The notes below the pieces were generated by a model. The model did no database searches. It was not told where the DNA came from and saw only the letters and a list, made by a program, of their open reading frames with translations. Shown here one piece after another: positions 12,493-26,130 of a DNA stretch of 64,000 bases. Source of the stretch: Bugula neritina (lineage: Eukaryota; Animalia; Bryozoa); assembly GCA_964035545.1 (NCBI GenBank), contig OZ037773.1:6601751-6665750 (forward strand). The letters are read 5' to 3'. A program made the position numbers and the translations under genes. How positions within the stretch are numbered: position 1 is the first letter of the stretch; each line of letters opens with the position of its first letter.

Positions 12493-13646
12493 ATGGCTTC
12501 CTCTATACTGGCAGCTTTTCTAGTGATCGTATCTATTGGTGCAACTTCAGCTGTATCATCTACAAAATATGGCTTGTTAAGGTCGGTCAACCTATTTAAG
12601 TTAGATATTACCATCTATGACCTAAGTACAAAGTGTGGTGGTATACTGTTATATGAATGTAGTCCATTTCAAAGTTCATTTGCACCTGGAAGTTCAGATT
12701 TCCTACCCTGTTGTGTATTATCTTTTTGACATGTTTAATTTATCATTCACCTATAATACTAATAATACTAAGAACAGTTTCTTTCTTTACCAACAAAACA
12801 CCAGTTTACTTGCTTCTGTGGTCTACAAAATCGAAATTAACTTTAAACATTTTAACTGTTTGCATGCGTATAGATATATTGCTATATAAATTTGTTGATA
12901 TGGCTGCCTCTATAATATAAATAGGTTCCAAGTTTCAGAGCTAACGGCTCGTTTGGACAGAGACTGCCCCGGATACTTCAATCAGCAAGTCAATGATTTT
13001 GGTAAAAGACAGCTTAGCAGCATTTCTCAATGGGAGTATGAGTAAGTGCAGTGAGCATAAGTATATAAACTGTTACAAAGCTTTCTGGGAGCATCAATCT
13101 TCATAATGCATACTAATAATTAACAATAATAGTATTGTGGATCTATTCGAATACTGTTGGTTTTTGATATTTAACTTTTATAGTATACTGAAGGACTCTT
13201 ACAATGCTCTGAAAGTTGCTTACAACAAATGCACAGCAGGAAGAACTTCTCCAGCTTTTACTACCAGCCGTCCATTTCCATGGGGAGGACGAACTTACCC
13301 ACCAAGGACATCTTTCTGGACATATCCTCCAAGGACCTCCTTCTGGACCTATCCTCCAAGAACATCTTTCTGGACATATCCACCATACCGTTCCACTGAA
13401 AGATGGTCAACCTCTACATTAAACAGGTGGAAGTACTCCCCTCGCACTTTCCCTACAAGCTACCCAACGAGACGAACCTACCCAACAACTGGCGCCACAT
13501 CTCCTTCTACCACCAGATCCACCAACTGGTCTACCAGGTCAACTGGTGATGTCACAACTTCAACAACTCCATTTGAATGGGAGTCAACTACTTTTATTCC
13601 TTTTGAATGGGAATCCACTACATCTATTCCTTTCGGTGAGAATTAA
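12493..13646 (+). CDS. Orphan secreted protein with TYPPRTSFW tandem repeats and Ser/Thr-rich tail, ~214 aa
   Basis: Exon 12493-12571 (signal-peptide-like MASSILAAFLVIVSIGATSA; donor probably G|GCTTGT), 12939-13041 (ELTARLDRDCPGYFNQQVNDFGKRQLSSISQWEY), 13184-13646 (ILKDSYNALK...TYPPRTSFW x3...FEWESTT x2, TAA); AATAAA near 13705. Repeat units differ only at synonymous positions. A donor G|GTGAG at 13635 could extend the gene further 3'. Confidence 0.72.
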
Positions 13647-14827
13647 ACTCACCATCGCAAAAAAAAACATTAGAATTTTCCTGTGTATAGCTGATCTGAT
13701 GAAAAATAAAAGCTAATGAGTTTGCTGTTTTGTCTATTGCACTGAAACACAATCTGTGTTGCACAACAATACATTTTATACAACATGTTTGTTGTCGCCA
13801 AAAACTATAATAGCTTAGATGTTTGACTTACCATTATATAAAACATAATATATATGTAAATAATGCAATGTGAACATAAATATCTCCATAGCAACGGCCA
13901 TGCAGCCTGCAGATATTATAGTTTCAAGCAAGTAAACCAAATATCAAGCAGCTGTGTGTAAGAGACAGTCAGTTTGTAAAATGTCTCAAGGTCTGGGAAA
14001 GTCTATGCCGGGCAAAGTACATTTAAAAGTAGTCAATTAATAGCAATAAGCAAACAGGTTTCTATAAAGCAATTAATACTCATATGTCTAGCTTGACTCT
14101 GGCGAGAGAAAACTGCATGGAGTAAGAGCTAGATAGAAACAAAATTAAACTCACTACAGCTGTGTTGAGTGAATGAAATCTGTGAATCTTTGTAATAGAC
14201 TATTAGGTAGCAAATATATATAAAGAAAGGCTTGTGTTTGAGATGAAAAATGGTGCAAATTAGAAGCTATTTTCTTATTCAAAGTTCTGAGTTATAAATC
14301 AAATGTGAAAATAAAACAATTATACAAAATTTAGATTACAAAAATTATTGAACCTACGTAGCTACTTCTAAAAATCAAAACTCACCAATATAGGTTAAAA
14401 TAAAAAAATTAGGTTATTGGAATTAGGGTGGGAGATTTGAGAATGAATAAGTTATTATGGGCAGTCTTATAATATGATAGTAACTCATCATTTCTTATAT
14501 GGCATTGCAGCATGCAGAGTACAGGCTATTAGTATAGTTTATGGTTATAAAGTACCATCTAATGTATATGTAACATAGTAAAAATCTATTAAAGGTCCTC
14601 ATGCAAAAAGCCCGTGAAACAAAGAAAAGCAAACAACGAAACTCTCTCCTAATATTGTACAGTATTCAACTTGACTTAAACTTAAACTCCTCCTCACCAT
14701 AAACTATGTTTATGTTACCAAACAGATCATTGTTTATAATGTAGGAGTTAATATATAGGCCTAATGTATTAATATAGACAAAATAGACTTTGATGGACAG
14801 AGTTTGTCCCGCTTGAACATTTCATAC

Positions 14828-16586
14828 CTTTTATAGTACACACTTTTATAGTACACACTTTATAGTACACACTTTTATAATACACACTTTTATAGCACAC
14901 ACTTTTATAGTACATACTTTTATAGTACATACTTTTATAGTACACACTTTTATAGTACACACTTTTATAATACACACTTTTATAATACACACTTTTATAG
15001 TACACACTTTTATAGTACACCCTTTTATAGTACACACTTTTATAGTACACACTTTTATAGTACACACTTTTATAGCACACTCTTTTATAGCACACTCTTT
15101 TATAGCACACACTTTTATAGCACACACTTTTATAGTACACACTTTTATAGTACACACTTTTATAGTACACACTTTTATAGTACACACTTTTATAATACAC
15201 ACTTTTATAGTACACACTTTTATAGTACACACTTTTATAGTACACCCTTTTATAGTACACACTTTTATAGTACACACTTTTATAGTACACACTTTTATAG
15301 TACACACTTTTATAGCACACTCTTTTATAGCACACTCTTTTATAGCACACACTTTTATAGCACACACTTTTATAGTACACACTTTTATAGTACACACTTT
15401 ATAGTACACACTTTTATAGTACACACTTTTATAGTACACACTTTTATAGTACACACTTTTATAGTACACACTTTTATAGTACACACTTTATAGTACACAC
15501 TTTTATAGTACACACTTTTATAGTACACACTTTTATAGTACACACTTTTATAGCACACTCTTTTATAGCACACACTTTTATAGCACACACTTTTATAGTA
15601 CACTCTTTTATAGTACACTCTTTTATAGTACACACTTTTATAGTACACACTTTTATAGTACACACTTTTATAGTACACACTTTATAGTACACACTTTTAT
15701 AGCACACACTTTTATAGTACATACTTTTATAGTACACACTTTTATAGTACACACTTTTATAGCACACTCTTTTATAGCACACACTTTTATAGCACACACT
15801 TTTATAGTACACTCTTTTATAGTACACACTTTTATAGTACACACTTTTATAGTACACACTTTTATAGTACACACTTTATAGTACACACTTTTATAGCACA
15901 CACTTTTATAGTACACACTTTTATAGTACACACTTTTATAGTACACACTTTTATAGTACACACTTTTATAGTACACCCTTTTATAGTACACACTTTTATA
16001 GTACACACTTTTATAGTACACACTTTTATAGTACACACTTTTATAGCACACTCTTTTATAGCACACTCTTTTATAGCACACACTTTTATAGCACACACTT
16101 TTATAGTACACACTTTTATAGTACACACTTTATAGTACACACTTTTATAGTACACACTTTTATAGTACATACTTTTATAGTACATACTTTTATAGTACAT
16201 ACTTTTATAGTACACACTTTTATAGTACACACTTTTATAGTACACACTTTTATAGCACACTCTTTTATAGCACACTCTTTTATAGCACACACTTTTATAG
16301 CACACACTTTTATAGTACACACTTTTATAGTACACACTTTATAGTACACACTTTTATAGTACACACTTTTATAGTACACACTTTTATAGTACATACTTTT
16401 ATAGTACACACTTTTATAGTACACACTTTTATAGTACACCCTTTTATAGTACACACTTTTATAGTACACCCTTTTATAGTACACACTTTTATAGTACACA
16501 CTTTTATAGTACACACTTTTATAGTACACACTTTTATAATACACAGTTTTATAGTACACCCTATTATAGTACACACTTTTATAGTA
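14828..16586. repeat. 15-bp satellite (TTTTATAGTACACAC)n, roughly 115-120 copies, with recurring variant blocks
   Basis: Directly visible; it generates the spurious YYKSV / VCTIK ORFs; ~3 more copies resume at 17894-17938 after the insertion. Confidence 0.97.
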
Positions 16587-17893
16587 GGAGTAACGGGGGC
16601 ACAACGGTCATAGGGGTACAAAAAGCCGGCCAAATTGTGAGAGAACTAATTGACTTAGAGTTATGATTTTTTTTCATAAAAAGATATTGACATAATTATT
16701 CAGCCTTTGTAGTTTCAACACTTACGGAACATACATGTTGAAAAGGCGAGTAAAAAACTGTTTTTACCTACTTTTTGTAAAATTTTTAGGATGTCGTTGA
16801 AGCCTTATAACTTTTCACACTCATAGGCAAGAAGCCTAGATTTTACTAATATTGTTGCCATTGCTTGTCTTTACAATACTTAACTAATATAACAGCAAAC
16901 ACTGAAATAAATTTTCCTTGAGGCACATTTATTTTCAATTTGGCCACACGGGGCACAATGGGCCACCTGATTATTGCACCCTGATCACTGTTATTAGTTC
17001 GTTTGCCCAAAAAGTTGGTTGAAATGTTACTAAAATCTATAGATATAGCCATTTCTGACCTTTTTGTAAAATATCAAAGACATCATGGTAAGACTACAAA
17101 ACTACAAGTTGAAGCTCCCCTAATACATACATCTAATGAGGTTAAAGCTTTGCCATTTTATACATAATACAAAACTTTCTGCTGTTGCTACTAGTAGATA
17201 GTCATGATAAACATTATATATTACACCATTGAGGGAATATACATGCATTTGACAGAAATAAATTGTGATTTGCTCATTTGCTCCCCCCTCTCCCTTCCGT
17301 ACTCCAGTCACAAACCTCAGCCATTCATGCACCTTAGCTACAGTTCATTGAAAAAAGTTCACTCAGAATTTTGTAGTACATTTTAGTAAAGTTTTTTTTT
17401 AATAAACCTTGCTCTGAAGTGAAAATAACAAAACTTTTTAGTTTTAAACAGTAATGATAATGGCACTGCAGAACCGAGTGACGTGCGTTTGATTTTGCTT
17501 TCCTCTGCTATCCGTAGTGGCACAAACTGTACAGCTAAAACATGAATTTTGCTGTAGATCTGAAAGAGTATCTTTATTTATTTGTATTATTAAATAAATA
17601 AAGATCAGATATAACAAAATACGCAAAATTTCAATATATTTGTTGTGTCCCACCCAGTGGCCCATTGTACCCTGGTACTGGGGCACAATGGGCCAATTTT
17701 TTCGTCATGAAAATTTCATTATTCTGAAAGTTGTGAAAGAGATAGAAACAACAAACTGGTACCTGTAATAGACAACAGATGCAGCATTAAGACTAGAAAT
17801 TATTGAACTAGTAACTTGAAAAACAGGCAAAAGAGAGCAACAAATGCAAAATTCGGCCCGTTGTGCCCCCCCCCCCCCCCCCCCCGTTACCCC
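16587..17893. mobile_element. Non-autonomous TA-targeting DNA transposon (probably Tc1/mariner-pogo superfamily), ~1.3 kb
   Basis: Left end GGAGTAACGGGGGCACAACGG, right end CCGTTGTGC(C)nGTTACCCC; TA duplicated at 16585-16586 and 17894-17895, splitting one satellite unit; internal TIR-like motifs GGGGCACAATGGGCC at 16950 and 17680 and inverted GGCCCATTGTACCC at 17659; no transposase ORF. Confidence 0.88.
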
Positions 17894-20089
17894 TACATAC
17901 TTTTATAGTACACACTTTTATAGTACATACTTTTATAGATGTAAGTTTTCTATAGATTCAGAAGGAGTTCTAGTCGCAAAGTCATTAGGTTTAAGCTTCT
18001 CCTTGTTACAAAAGATTTAACTCCGAGCTACAAACCTGACTCTAGTATGGATCGAGTTTGTAGAAGCTCAACTATATTACACAAATAAATGTCAGTGTGA
18101 TCATGTTTTAACAGTTTGGGAAATTTTTGGTGAGATAGCCTTTGAAAACCATTTCTTATAATAACTTTTAATAAAAAGCCACATTGAAATTATTCATTAC
18201 ATAACTTCCTTGTTAATTTTCATAATAATATATTATTAGAGTTAAAAAATCTATGAAATACTTTATTTATGCACCTTTAAAATATTCATATATATATTCA
18301 TTATATATATATATTCATCTTAGAGAATTACAACACTGCTTTATAATAAATTTTGCTCTCATGTCCTGAATGAATTAGAAATTTTTGGTTGCATGGCTCT
18401 AAAGTCAGCGGTATTACAAAACTGATAGCAAATAACGCTGACTTTCACTGCATGCTATTCTTAACTGCTGCAGCACACAGCTTAATCACTGAAATGGTTT
18501 TAAGTTTCAAATTCTTTCTCCTCCAGCTACTACTTAGTTGCACAATAATGACACTATTTATATGCAGTGTTTTGTTATTCAAATTGGGTGCTTGCAACTA
18601 TTGTCATAAAATTGATTTATTCTTAAGCTCCATTGCATGTCTTACATACTTTTTCAAACACCATTATAGAAGCCTGCTTTCGTTGCTAAATCAAATATAA
18701 TTAAGTCAACAGACACTTTGTTAACAAATAATTGTTGCCTAACTACTATTAAACCATATATTGATTATTATTCAGATACAGGGAAGTTTTGAAGTAGTTG
18801 AAACAAAGGTATACAAGGTATACACTGCTAAAAAGGAGCTGAAAGTAAGTTACCGTCAATGTTAGAGTAAACAATAGCTATAATAATACAACGTTTTTGC
18901 TCCATCTCTAATCTAAAACACAACTTTTTCTAAATTTCTTTGTTACTGCACCTACATGGAGTTATGTTATATTTGAAAATTTTTTATGAGTCATGCTTAT
19001 ATCTGAAAAATTTCCTATAAGCCATGCTATCTGAAAAGTCTTATGAGTCATGCTATCTGAAAAGAGGTTGGTTAGTTGTTACTAGGGAAATTTCACCAAA
19101 GAAATAGAGTCAACTTAGGAAACTCTTCCATGGTTATTCCTTATAAGATATATTTAGAAATTTTTGCTGAAAATAAAAGTTCAAACTTAAAATTGTGAGA
19201 TTCATCGAGTTGAACAATAGATTATGTAAGCCATTATATATCGATAATACCATTATCTACAGACAAGCAAGGCCAAAATTTGGTTCTTTTATTACGCGGC
19301 TGTGTGTGAGACTTAGTACTCTGTCTATCACTAGAACAGGTCTCTGGACACACCACTAACATATAACCTGGCAGTGAACTCTCTTCATTGCTTCTAGTTA
19401 TAATTTATATTCTTAACCTCTTCCTAGCTAGGCCTGTTAGTAAGAATGCTATAAAGATGAAGTGATAAGCACACATGTATATTTACTATACATGAACATA
19501 ATATGCTTGCGTACATTAAATGCAAAAATTTAAGAGTCTCTAGAACCACACCTTAGGGCAAAGCATTACAAATCAAACAACAAAAAATAGCAGTATGCAT
19601 GTATGCTGTGTAATAAGGAATAATTACATTTAATGTAATGTAGCCGTGTGTAATAAACTATGCTATTATTACGTGTGGGAAAATATTATATATATTGGTA
19701 AAACTCAATATACATTGAAATATAACCAGTAGTCAAACTATATATACTATTCCCACTATTTTGGGAAAACCCCTAAAGGGTATACCCATCACTCTGCCCT
19801 AAATTAAGCCACACCCCACCATAATATCCCATGGCATTCAATAGTGCAGGTGGAATAGTAAAATAGTGAAATAGCAAAATTAATGGTGAATGGTTTGACC
19901 TAAAGCTCCATGGAATGTCAAAGAGCAAAGCTTCAACAAGATGCCAATATAGCCATTATATAGCCAAATTATTGACAGGTTTCTCTGACTAGCCTGTTGG
20001 ATTTTTTCAAGTTTATGTGTTATTTATGCATGATTTATTTACAAGTAAAATGTGAAAGTTAATACAAAATATTTCCAAAAATAGAGTAT

Positions 20090-20127
<38 letters not shown>

Positions 20128-21008
20128 CAGTCATTTTCTTTGTGACAATTTTAGCAATGACCTAACTTAAATTTATGCTTGTTCAGATCAGTATATTTTT
20201 ATTCCAATATTTAATTTATTTTTTAGTTAAACACTTTGCCCTAAAAATGGTTTCAACTTCAATTTAAACAGGAGAAAGTTTAAAAAACAGGTTGATTGTA
20301 CAAGAGGGTGTTTTATTGTTGTTTCCTAACTTCTGGCTCTACGGCATATTGGGTGCTGAAATTAGGAGTCATTTTAGGGTTCAATTCATTTCGTAAATTC
20401 ACATGTGGGTAAATAAATAAACTTGAATTGCTTTTCAACTTTTTTACTTTGCTTGACAAATGTAATATATTGCTTATTTTCCACTTCCAATCCAAAACAG
20501 ACTTTAATACTATTTATACTGGACTTCCTCGACTCAACTTAATAAACTAAATTACGAAACTGAGTGTAATTACTGCGAAGCTATCTATTTTGTGCAAATA
20601 TAATAACTTCCAATAAGAGTTTGTTTGGCTTTCTTCAGCTTGCCACTTCCTTTATAGTTCAATTTTTAAGAAAAGAGATAAAGATGATTCGATAAGTCTT
20701 GTGTTTTTGTGCACAGTATCATACTAAACTTTAGGAGGTATCTTGCGTGAACGTGAACGTGAACGCAGCCTATTGAATTGGCACAAGTCCAATGGCGTGT
20801 GCAGTGATAAGCAGTTTGTAGTATTCAGCAAATTTGAATACACGTAGTATAAGCATAACCTTGACGAGGGTCTACCTACTTATTAGCTGTTAGGAAAACG
20901 CAAACACTTGGTGATGCTTTAATGAAGTACAATTATTTCAGTGATAGCTATCAAGTACAGGTATAACTGAGTTAATACCACTTTCAGGGGGTTATGCGGC
21001 TGGACTAG

Positions 21009-24000
21009 ATGGATTCACTACAACCAGTACTACTGCTGCTGCATATGGTCCTTCTGACTATCATATCAGCAGAAGACATATTGTGGCTCTGTACAGGGAA
21101 AGAGTCTGAGTATACTGCAAGGGATTGTGACGGGGATAAGTATGACACGTATGCCTGTTACTTCGTGGAGCACTTTGTCCAGTATAAACCTTGTAATGAC
21201 ATATGTGACAAGGCAGCAGTTGGATCATCCATGAGTATGAAATGCCAGGCCTACTGTCCAGGTTGGTGGCTAGTTTACAGGTTCATAAACTGAGAATTGT
21301 TTAGTGAATGAAAGTAAATCTCCAATTATCTAAGTAGGACATCACCCAAATACTTTTACTTGCAACCTCATGTTTATGTATTATGGTCCTCTATTTTTAA
21401 AATTTATAAATATAATCATAATGAACAGTCAACTTCTTTCAAAAAATGAAATTTTTCTCTGCTATATTTCCAAAATTAGCTTTGTGTAAAACTCCTCAAA
21501 AATCTGTTATATGCAGCTTTACTTTATAAACTAACCAGCTGTTGGAGATATTTAAAAGTTATGAGTCTGAGAACACATGCTAGAAGTTTGACTGTTTGAC
21601 GAAAAAAAAAAATATGAATCTACCAAATGTTACGTCTGCTGCACATAGCCTACATGCTTATTCGCAGTTTTGGTTATTTATTATAATATGAACTATTAGT
21701 TTTGCTAATTCATACTTTTACAGAATATGTGAGGAAGAACTGCAGAATTGGAAAGCCAACCCCACCGCCTCTAATGACCACCACTGTCACTACCACCACT
21801 ACTGCTAACATATTTTACATGGTAGACAACTCCAATCCTTACTCAGAGACTGGTGCCTCTTTTACAGGGATGCTTGTTACTGCCCTCCTTGCTGTTATTG
21901 GTTTTACAGTTCTACTAGCAATTGTTACCTGCCTGGTTTGGTATAAGTTTAAGGTACGAAAGCGGCAGCAACAGTCTTATGCCAGGCCAGAGAAGCTCAT
22001 TATAGAGTCAGCTATGCCTCTGCAAGGTAGGTTACAGATTAGCTGTAGTTTGTAAGTAGAATAGCACCATCTCCCGCTTTATTAAAGGAACTCAAGCTAC
22101 AAAAACAAACAATAAACTTTAAAGATAATATTTGCTCTCACAGCTTACGCAAACATTATCAAGTATGAAAGCTGTTGATAGCATCTTGGTTATTAACTTT
22201 TCCTATAATTACATGAGTGTACAGTTGAATGGTATGAATTCTTGATCTTCAATTTAATTGGTGCTTTCAACTCAACCTACATAAAGACCATTAGGCTACT
22301 TCGTCAATAGATTTCAAAGTACTTTAACCATTGCAGTGTAACAACTTCCTTTTCTGACTTTTATGGCAATATGGAATGTAAATAGTGACAAGTGCAGCAC
22401 TGCACAACTGATTATATCATAAAGCATAACAAACTAGACATTCATTGCATGAGTTAAGGGGGGATGGGTTGAGTATCTAAACATTGATTTGCACATTCAG
22501 AAACTCACTAAAGAACTTGCCATCAAATATATAATAGACAATGACCATTTCATCAATAACTTTCTGAGTCAATGCCCTTCTGGAAGATATCGAACCATCA
22601 AATATAGAGGGGCATGGGGCAGAGATAGCTTCTTGCGACATCTTGTAAATACTTTAAATGAGCTTCTATTTTAAATAATCCAACAGAGTTTTGATTTTTT
22701 TTTTTCTCTTATTTTTGTTCATTCCTACTTATTATAGCCAGTATTTACACTGAATTTTGCAACGTGTTGTCATGTTTGTGATATGTAATAAATCAATCAA
22801 TCAATCAATCAAGTGGGAAAAGACAACTCTGAAATATATTCTGATTTGCCTGATGAGTGTCTTCACATTAACATTCTGATAGCAATTCTGGTAGTTGATG
22901 GTTGATGGTTGATGGTTGGTGGTCGGTGGTAATGGTTGGTGGTTGGTGGTTGGTGGTGGTTGGTGGTTGGTGGTGGTTGGTGGTGGTTGGTGGTTGGTGG
23001 TGGTTCAACTATAGCAACTGTCTACTAGCTACACTAACTAATCTACATAACATAGAACTGGTTTCAATACACAAAGCTTATCTATAAAGTGTAATATGAG
23101 ACATGTTTTGGCATCTGGCCATTAAATCATAGTGTTTTGTTAGTTGGCTAACATCCAATGTGGAATAAAGTTTTTTGTTGTGACTAGATCACCAGAAACA
23201 GTGAATACATATTACCGTGATAAGCCTAGTCATATACACACTAGTGCTAGTTGTACAACTAATATATAAAGTGCTAGTGTTAACTACAAACTAGGAGTTT
23301 GTAATAACTTTTCTCATAAGAAAAATATGATATATTATTCTGCAAACCTAAACTAGTGGTTATGTTGTGTTTATATTTATTTTAAGGTAGTACGACTTTG
23401 CTAATAATTATGATATATGCAAGGTGTACTTGCATATGAAAATCTATGCCTAGAAACAACTTACTAGTAAACCACTCCGTAGAATGTAATATGAGACCTC
23501 TGTAGTTACCTAACTTTAGTTGATATTTTGAGTATTTCGTATGAAAAATGTGTCATATGTATTTGATAAAAGCAATTTTGCAATAAGACATTAAAAATAT
23601 CATAACTTTAGGATGTACATTTGAAATATGTATGAATATGTGAAACTTTAAGAAAGGCAAAAGTTAGTTTTTACCTGCATGCTAGTCCATATTGGCATTG
23701 AAATATATGGTTTCATTTAATTTTAGTAAATCTATTCCATGGGAACAAAACATCTAACCCAGCTGGAAGTACTTGTCCATTTAGGTGCATGTGGAAGGGA
23801 GTGGGGGAACTGGGATAGCCTAAGTTCTTTAATTTTCTTCGTAAATTTTGGTGAAGTGTCAGAATATAACTTCTTTTGCCACAAATTTTAGCCCAAAATG
23901 TTGAATCATATAACTGTACCTACAGTGATCAGATAATCAAAGCATTGTGCTATTTTCTCACTGTATTTATGCAACAGTTTCAGAAAAGGATTGGGATAGC

Positions 24001-24741
24001 AACAGCAGCTACAGAGTACCTTTTCAGGTAGAAGTTGAAGGTGATGATGATGAAAAGAAAAGTAAGCCAGTATATGAGATGTTTTAGTATTGATGCATTA
24101 TGTTGTTATATCTAGATAATACAATGTGCCATAAGAGTAAGTTATCTATAGTAATTGTAAACAAAATTCCAGCAACTTGAATAAGTTGTTGTTCATTTGT
24201 AAGTCAGTTGAAGTTTTACTCATAGTTATATATACTAAAAAAATGCAAATTGTTCTTAAATCTATAATATATTCGTTTCCATTTTAGAAATTTTAGCTTC
24301 GTTTTACTTTCTAGACTCTCTTATAGTATTTGATTTGCAATTTCGTTCCTGCCACTGCATAATGTTGGCAATCAAAGTTGAAAATTTAGTTGTTCCAAAG
24401 TTATAAATAATATATTTCTAATGTAATAGAAATAAACTTACGGAGTACTCCATTTTTTATTGAAAATATTAATACACATATAATAAAATATCTATAAAAT
24501 ATGGTCTAGAATCTACAAGTAGTGTTAGCTATGCATATAAGATATAAAAACGATTTCAAGTACATTTTTAAGCAAATTTGAAACTATTTTGACTGAAACA
24601 TATCATAATTATAGTTTTCTGTTTAAATAATACCTTACATAACGCATATAATTTTGTTTACTAGTTTTGAACTTTTTCCCATATATTTTTGTAGAGGTTC
24701 TACTGGATAATTTGACCAACAGAATGCAGGAAATGGACTAA
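21009..24741 (+). CDS. Type I membrane protein with one cysteine-rich domain, Grindelwald/TACI/BCMA-like TNF-receptor candidate, paralog A (~228 aa)
   Basis: Exons 21009-21261 (signal peptide; C..C..C..PCNDIC..KCQAYCP), 21724-22026 (EYVRKNC, Thr-rich stalk, TM MLVTALLAVIGFTVLLAIVTCLVWY, basic KFKVRKR), 23978-24061 (VSEKDWDSNSSYRVPFQVEVEGDDDEKK), 24695-24741 (stop); all phase-1 introns. Topology is clear; the family assignment rests on cysteine spacing only. Confidence 0.75.
22793..23005. repeat. (TCAA)n and (GGT/GGTT)n microsatellites
   Basis: TCAA run at ~22791-22812; TGGTTGGTGG run at 22895-23005. Confidence 0.85.
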
Positions 24742-26068
24742 TCCGTAAAGTTATAGAATATTCTGGCATATTAAGAATATTCTAACATGTTTTTTGAAAA
24801 TAACAGATGTATAAAAACCATGCAAAGTGTTGCTCAGTATAATCTTACTGTTTAAAAAATCAAAACTTCTTGAAAAATGATCTTTGGTGATTATATGATT
24901 GCAATTAGCACATTTTATACACTGTGATATTACACCATTTGTTTTTGAAAATATCTGTGATTGTGCATATAGATTATGTATTCTTCTTTTATTAGATTGA
25001 CTTTGTTCGATTCAATTTGCTCTGATCCAAAAGTATAAACTTATTGCAGCTGCATTTTAATAATTAACCATGATGACTGCAGTCCTCCATCCCATGCAAT
25101 ATTCTATATCGTACTTTGTCAGATATGTTTTAAGAGATGGTTTTACACCTCAAACAACGTAATAAATAACAAAATTGTGATACCCATTCCGCAATTAATA
25201 CAATAATATGAGTAATATATCTAATATGAACAAGCTAATTAAGTCCCTTTTAAATTCAGATTTTACAAGTAAATTAAAGTATAATTTAAAAAAGCCTTAT
25301 TAAAATAGCAACTTGATAACAGCAATAAAACAGGTAAATTTGATTTTAACAAACCGGTGAAAAAATAGTAAAACATGTATAACAAATCTCTTAATAAACA
25401 GCTAAGGACAATTTTCCACACAATTGAACAGGTTTTTTATATTTTAAACAATCACACAGTTTTTGTTTTTTATACATTTTTTTATGATTTGAACGTGATT
25501 TTTAAAAACAAGTTTTAATGTTTTTTTTTATTTTCTGTGTAAAATATAATAATTTGCATATCAACGTACATGATAACATTATTTATTGGTCTAATTCATA
25601 TGACTAAATTTGTTGGACTGCATGCAACTGTTTATAAAAGTAACCATTTCCATTAGTGGAACTATTTGCAGCATCACTACCAGGGGCAAAGTTTAAAACA
25701 TTAAAGTAATCTTTTATTGTAAGAGTTGTGAATTTGACATAGCTACAACTGACAGGCATAAAGGGTAGGTATAAAAACCCATTCAAAATACACTGAGTAT
25801 AATACATAACACAAAGGTCAGCAGTGTTATCACTAACAAATTCTTTAGTGCTGACCTTGGCACACATGAAAGAATATAGATCAAAGGGCTGCTGCTGTTT
25901 CAGCAGTCAGCAGTTGAATTGATAACTGGTAAATGTCAATAGTCATATAACATATATGCATGGTATTATACTCTGCATATATTATGATGCACAATGTCAT
26001 AAGCATTTCAAAGTTTCTAAATGTTATGAGAAAAACTGAAATGTGTTGCGGTTCAGTGATGGTGTCTG

Positions 26069-26130
26069 TTAGCTTTCCATAGCCTCAGAGTAGGTGCCAA
26101 TTATAGGTTCTGGTAGGGGTGGGTAGCAGA
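26069..26130 (-). pseudogene. Decayed duplicate of the SMU1 terminal coding exon
   Basis: TTAGCTTTCCATAGCC-TCAGAGTAGGTGCCAATTATAGGTTCTGGTAGGGGTGGGTAGCAGA aligns to 32223-32296 (TTAGGGCTTCCATAGCC...TCAGAGTAGGTGCCTATCAAGTTCTGGTGCGGGTGGTGGCAGA) with a ~14 nt deletion and small indels. Confidence 0.8.

Noticed and set aside
12985-13012. Classical neuropeptide precursor based on NDFGKR
   Set aside because: A single amidation/dibasic site; the repeats are not flanked by GKR/KR sites as in typical multi-copy precursors.
14769-16633. Long YYKSV / VCTIK repeat ORFs as Tyr/Lys-rich proteins
   Set aside because: They arise from a 15-bp satellite with frame-breaking 14-bp units, no synonymous-site pattern and no splice or signal context.
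18776-19316. Possible extra exons at ~18776-18844 and ~19263-19316
   Set aside because: Plausible splice signals but no consistent phase link or recognisable protein content.
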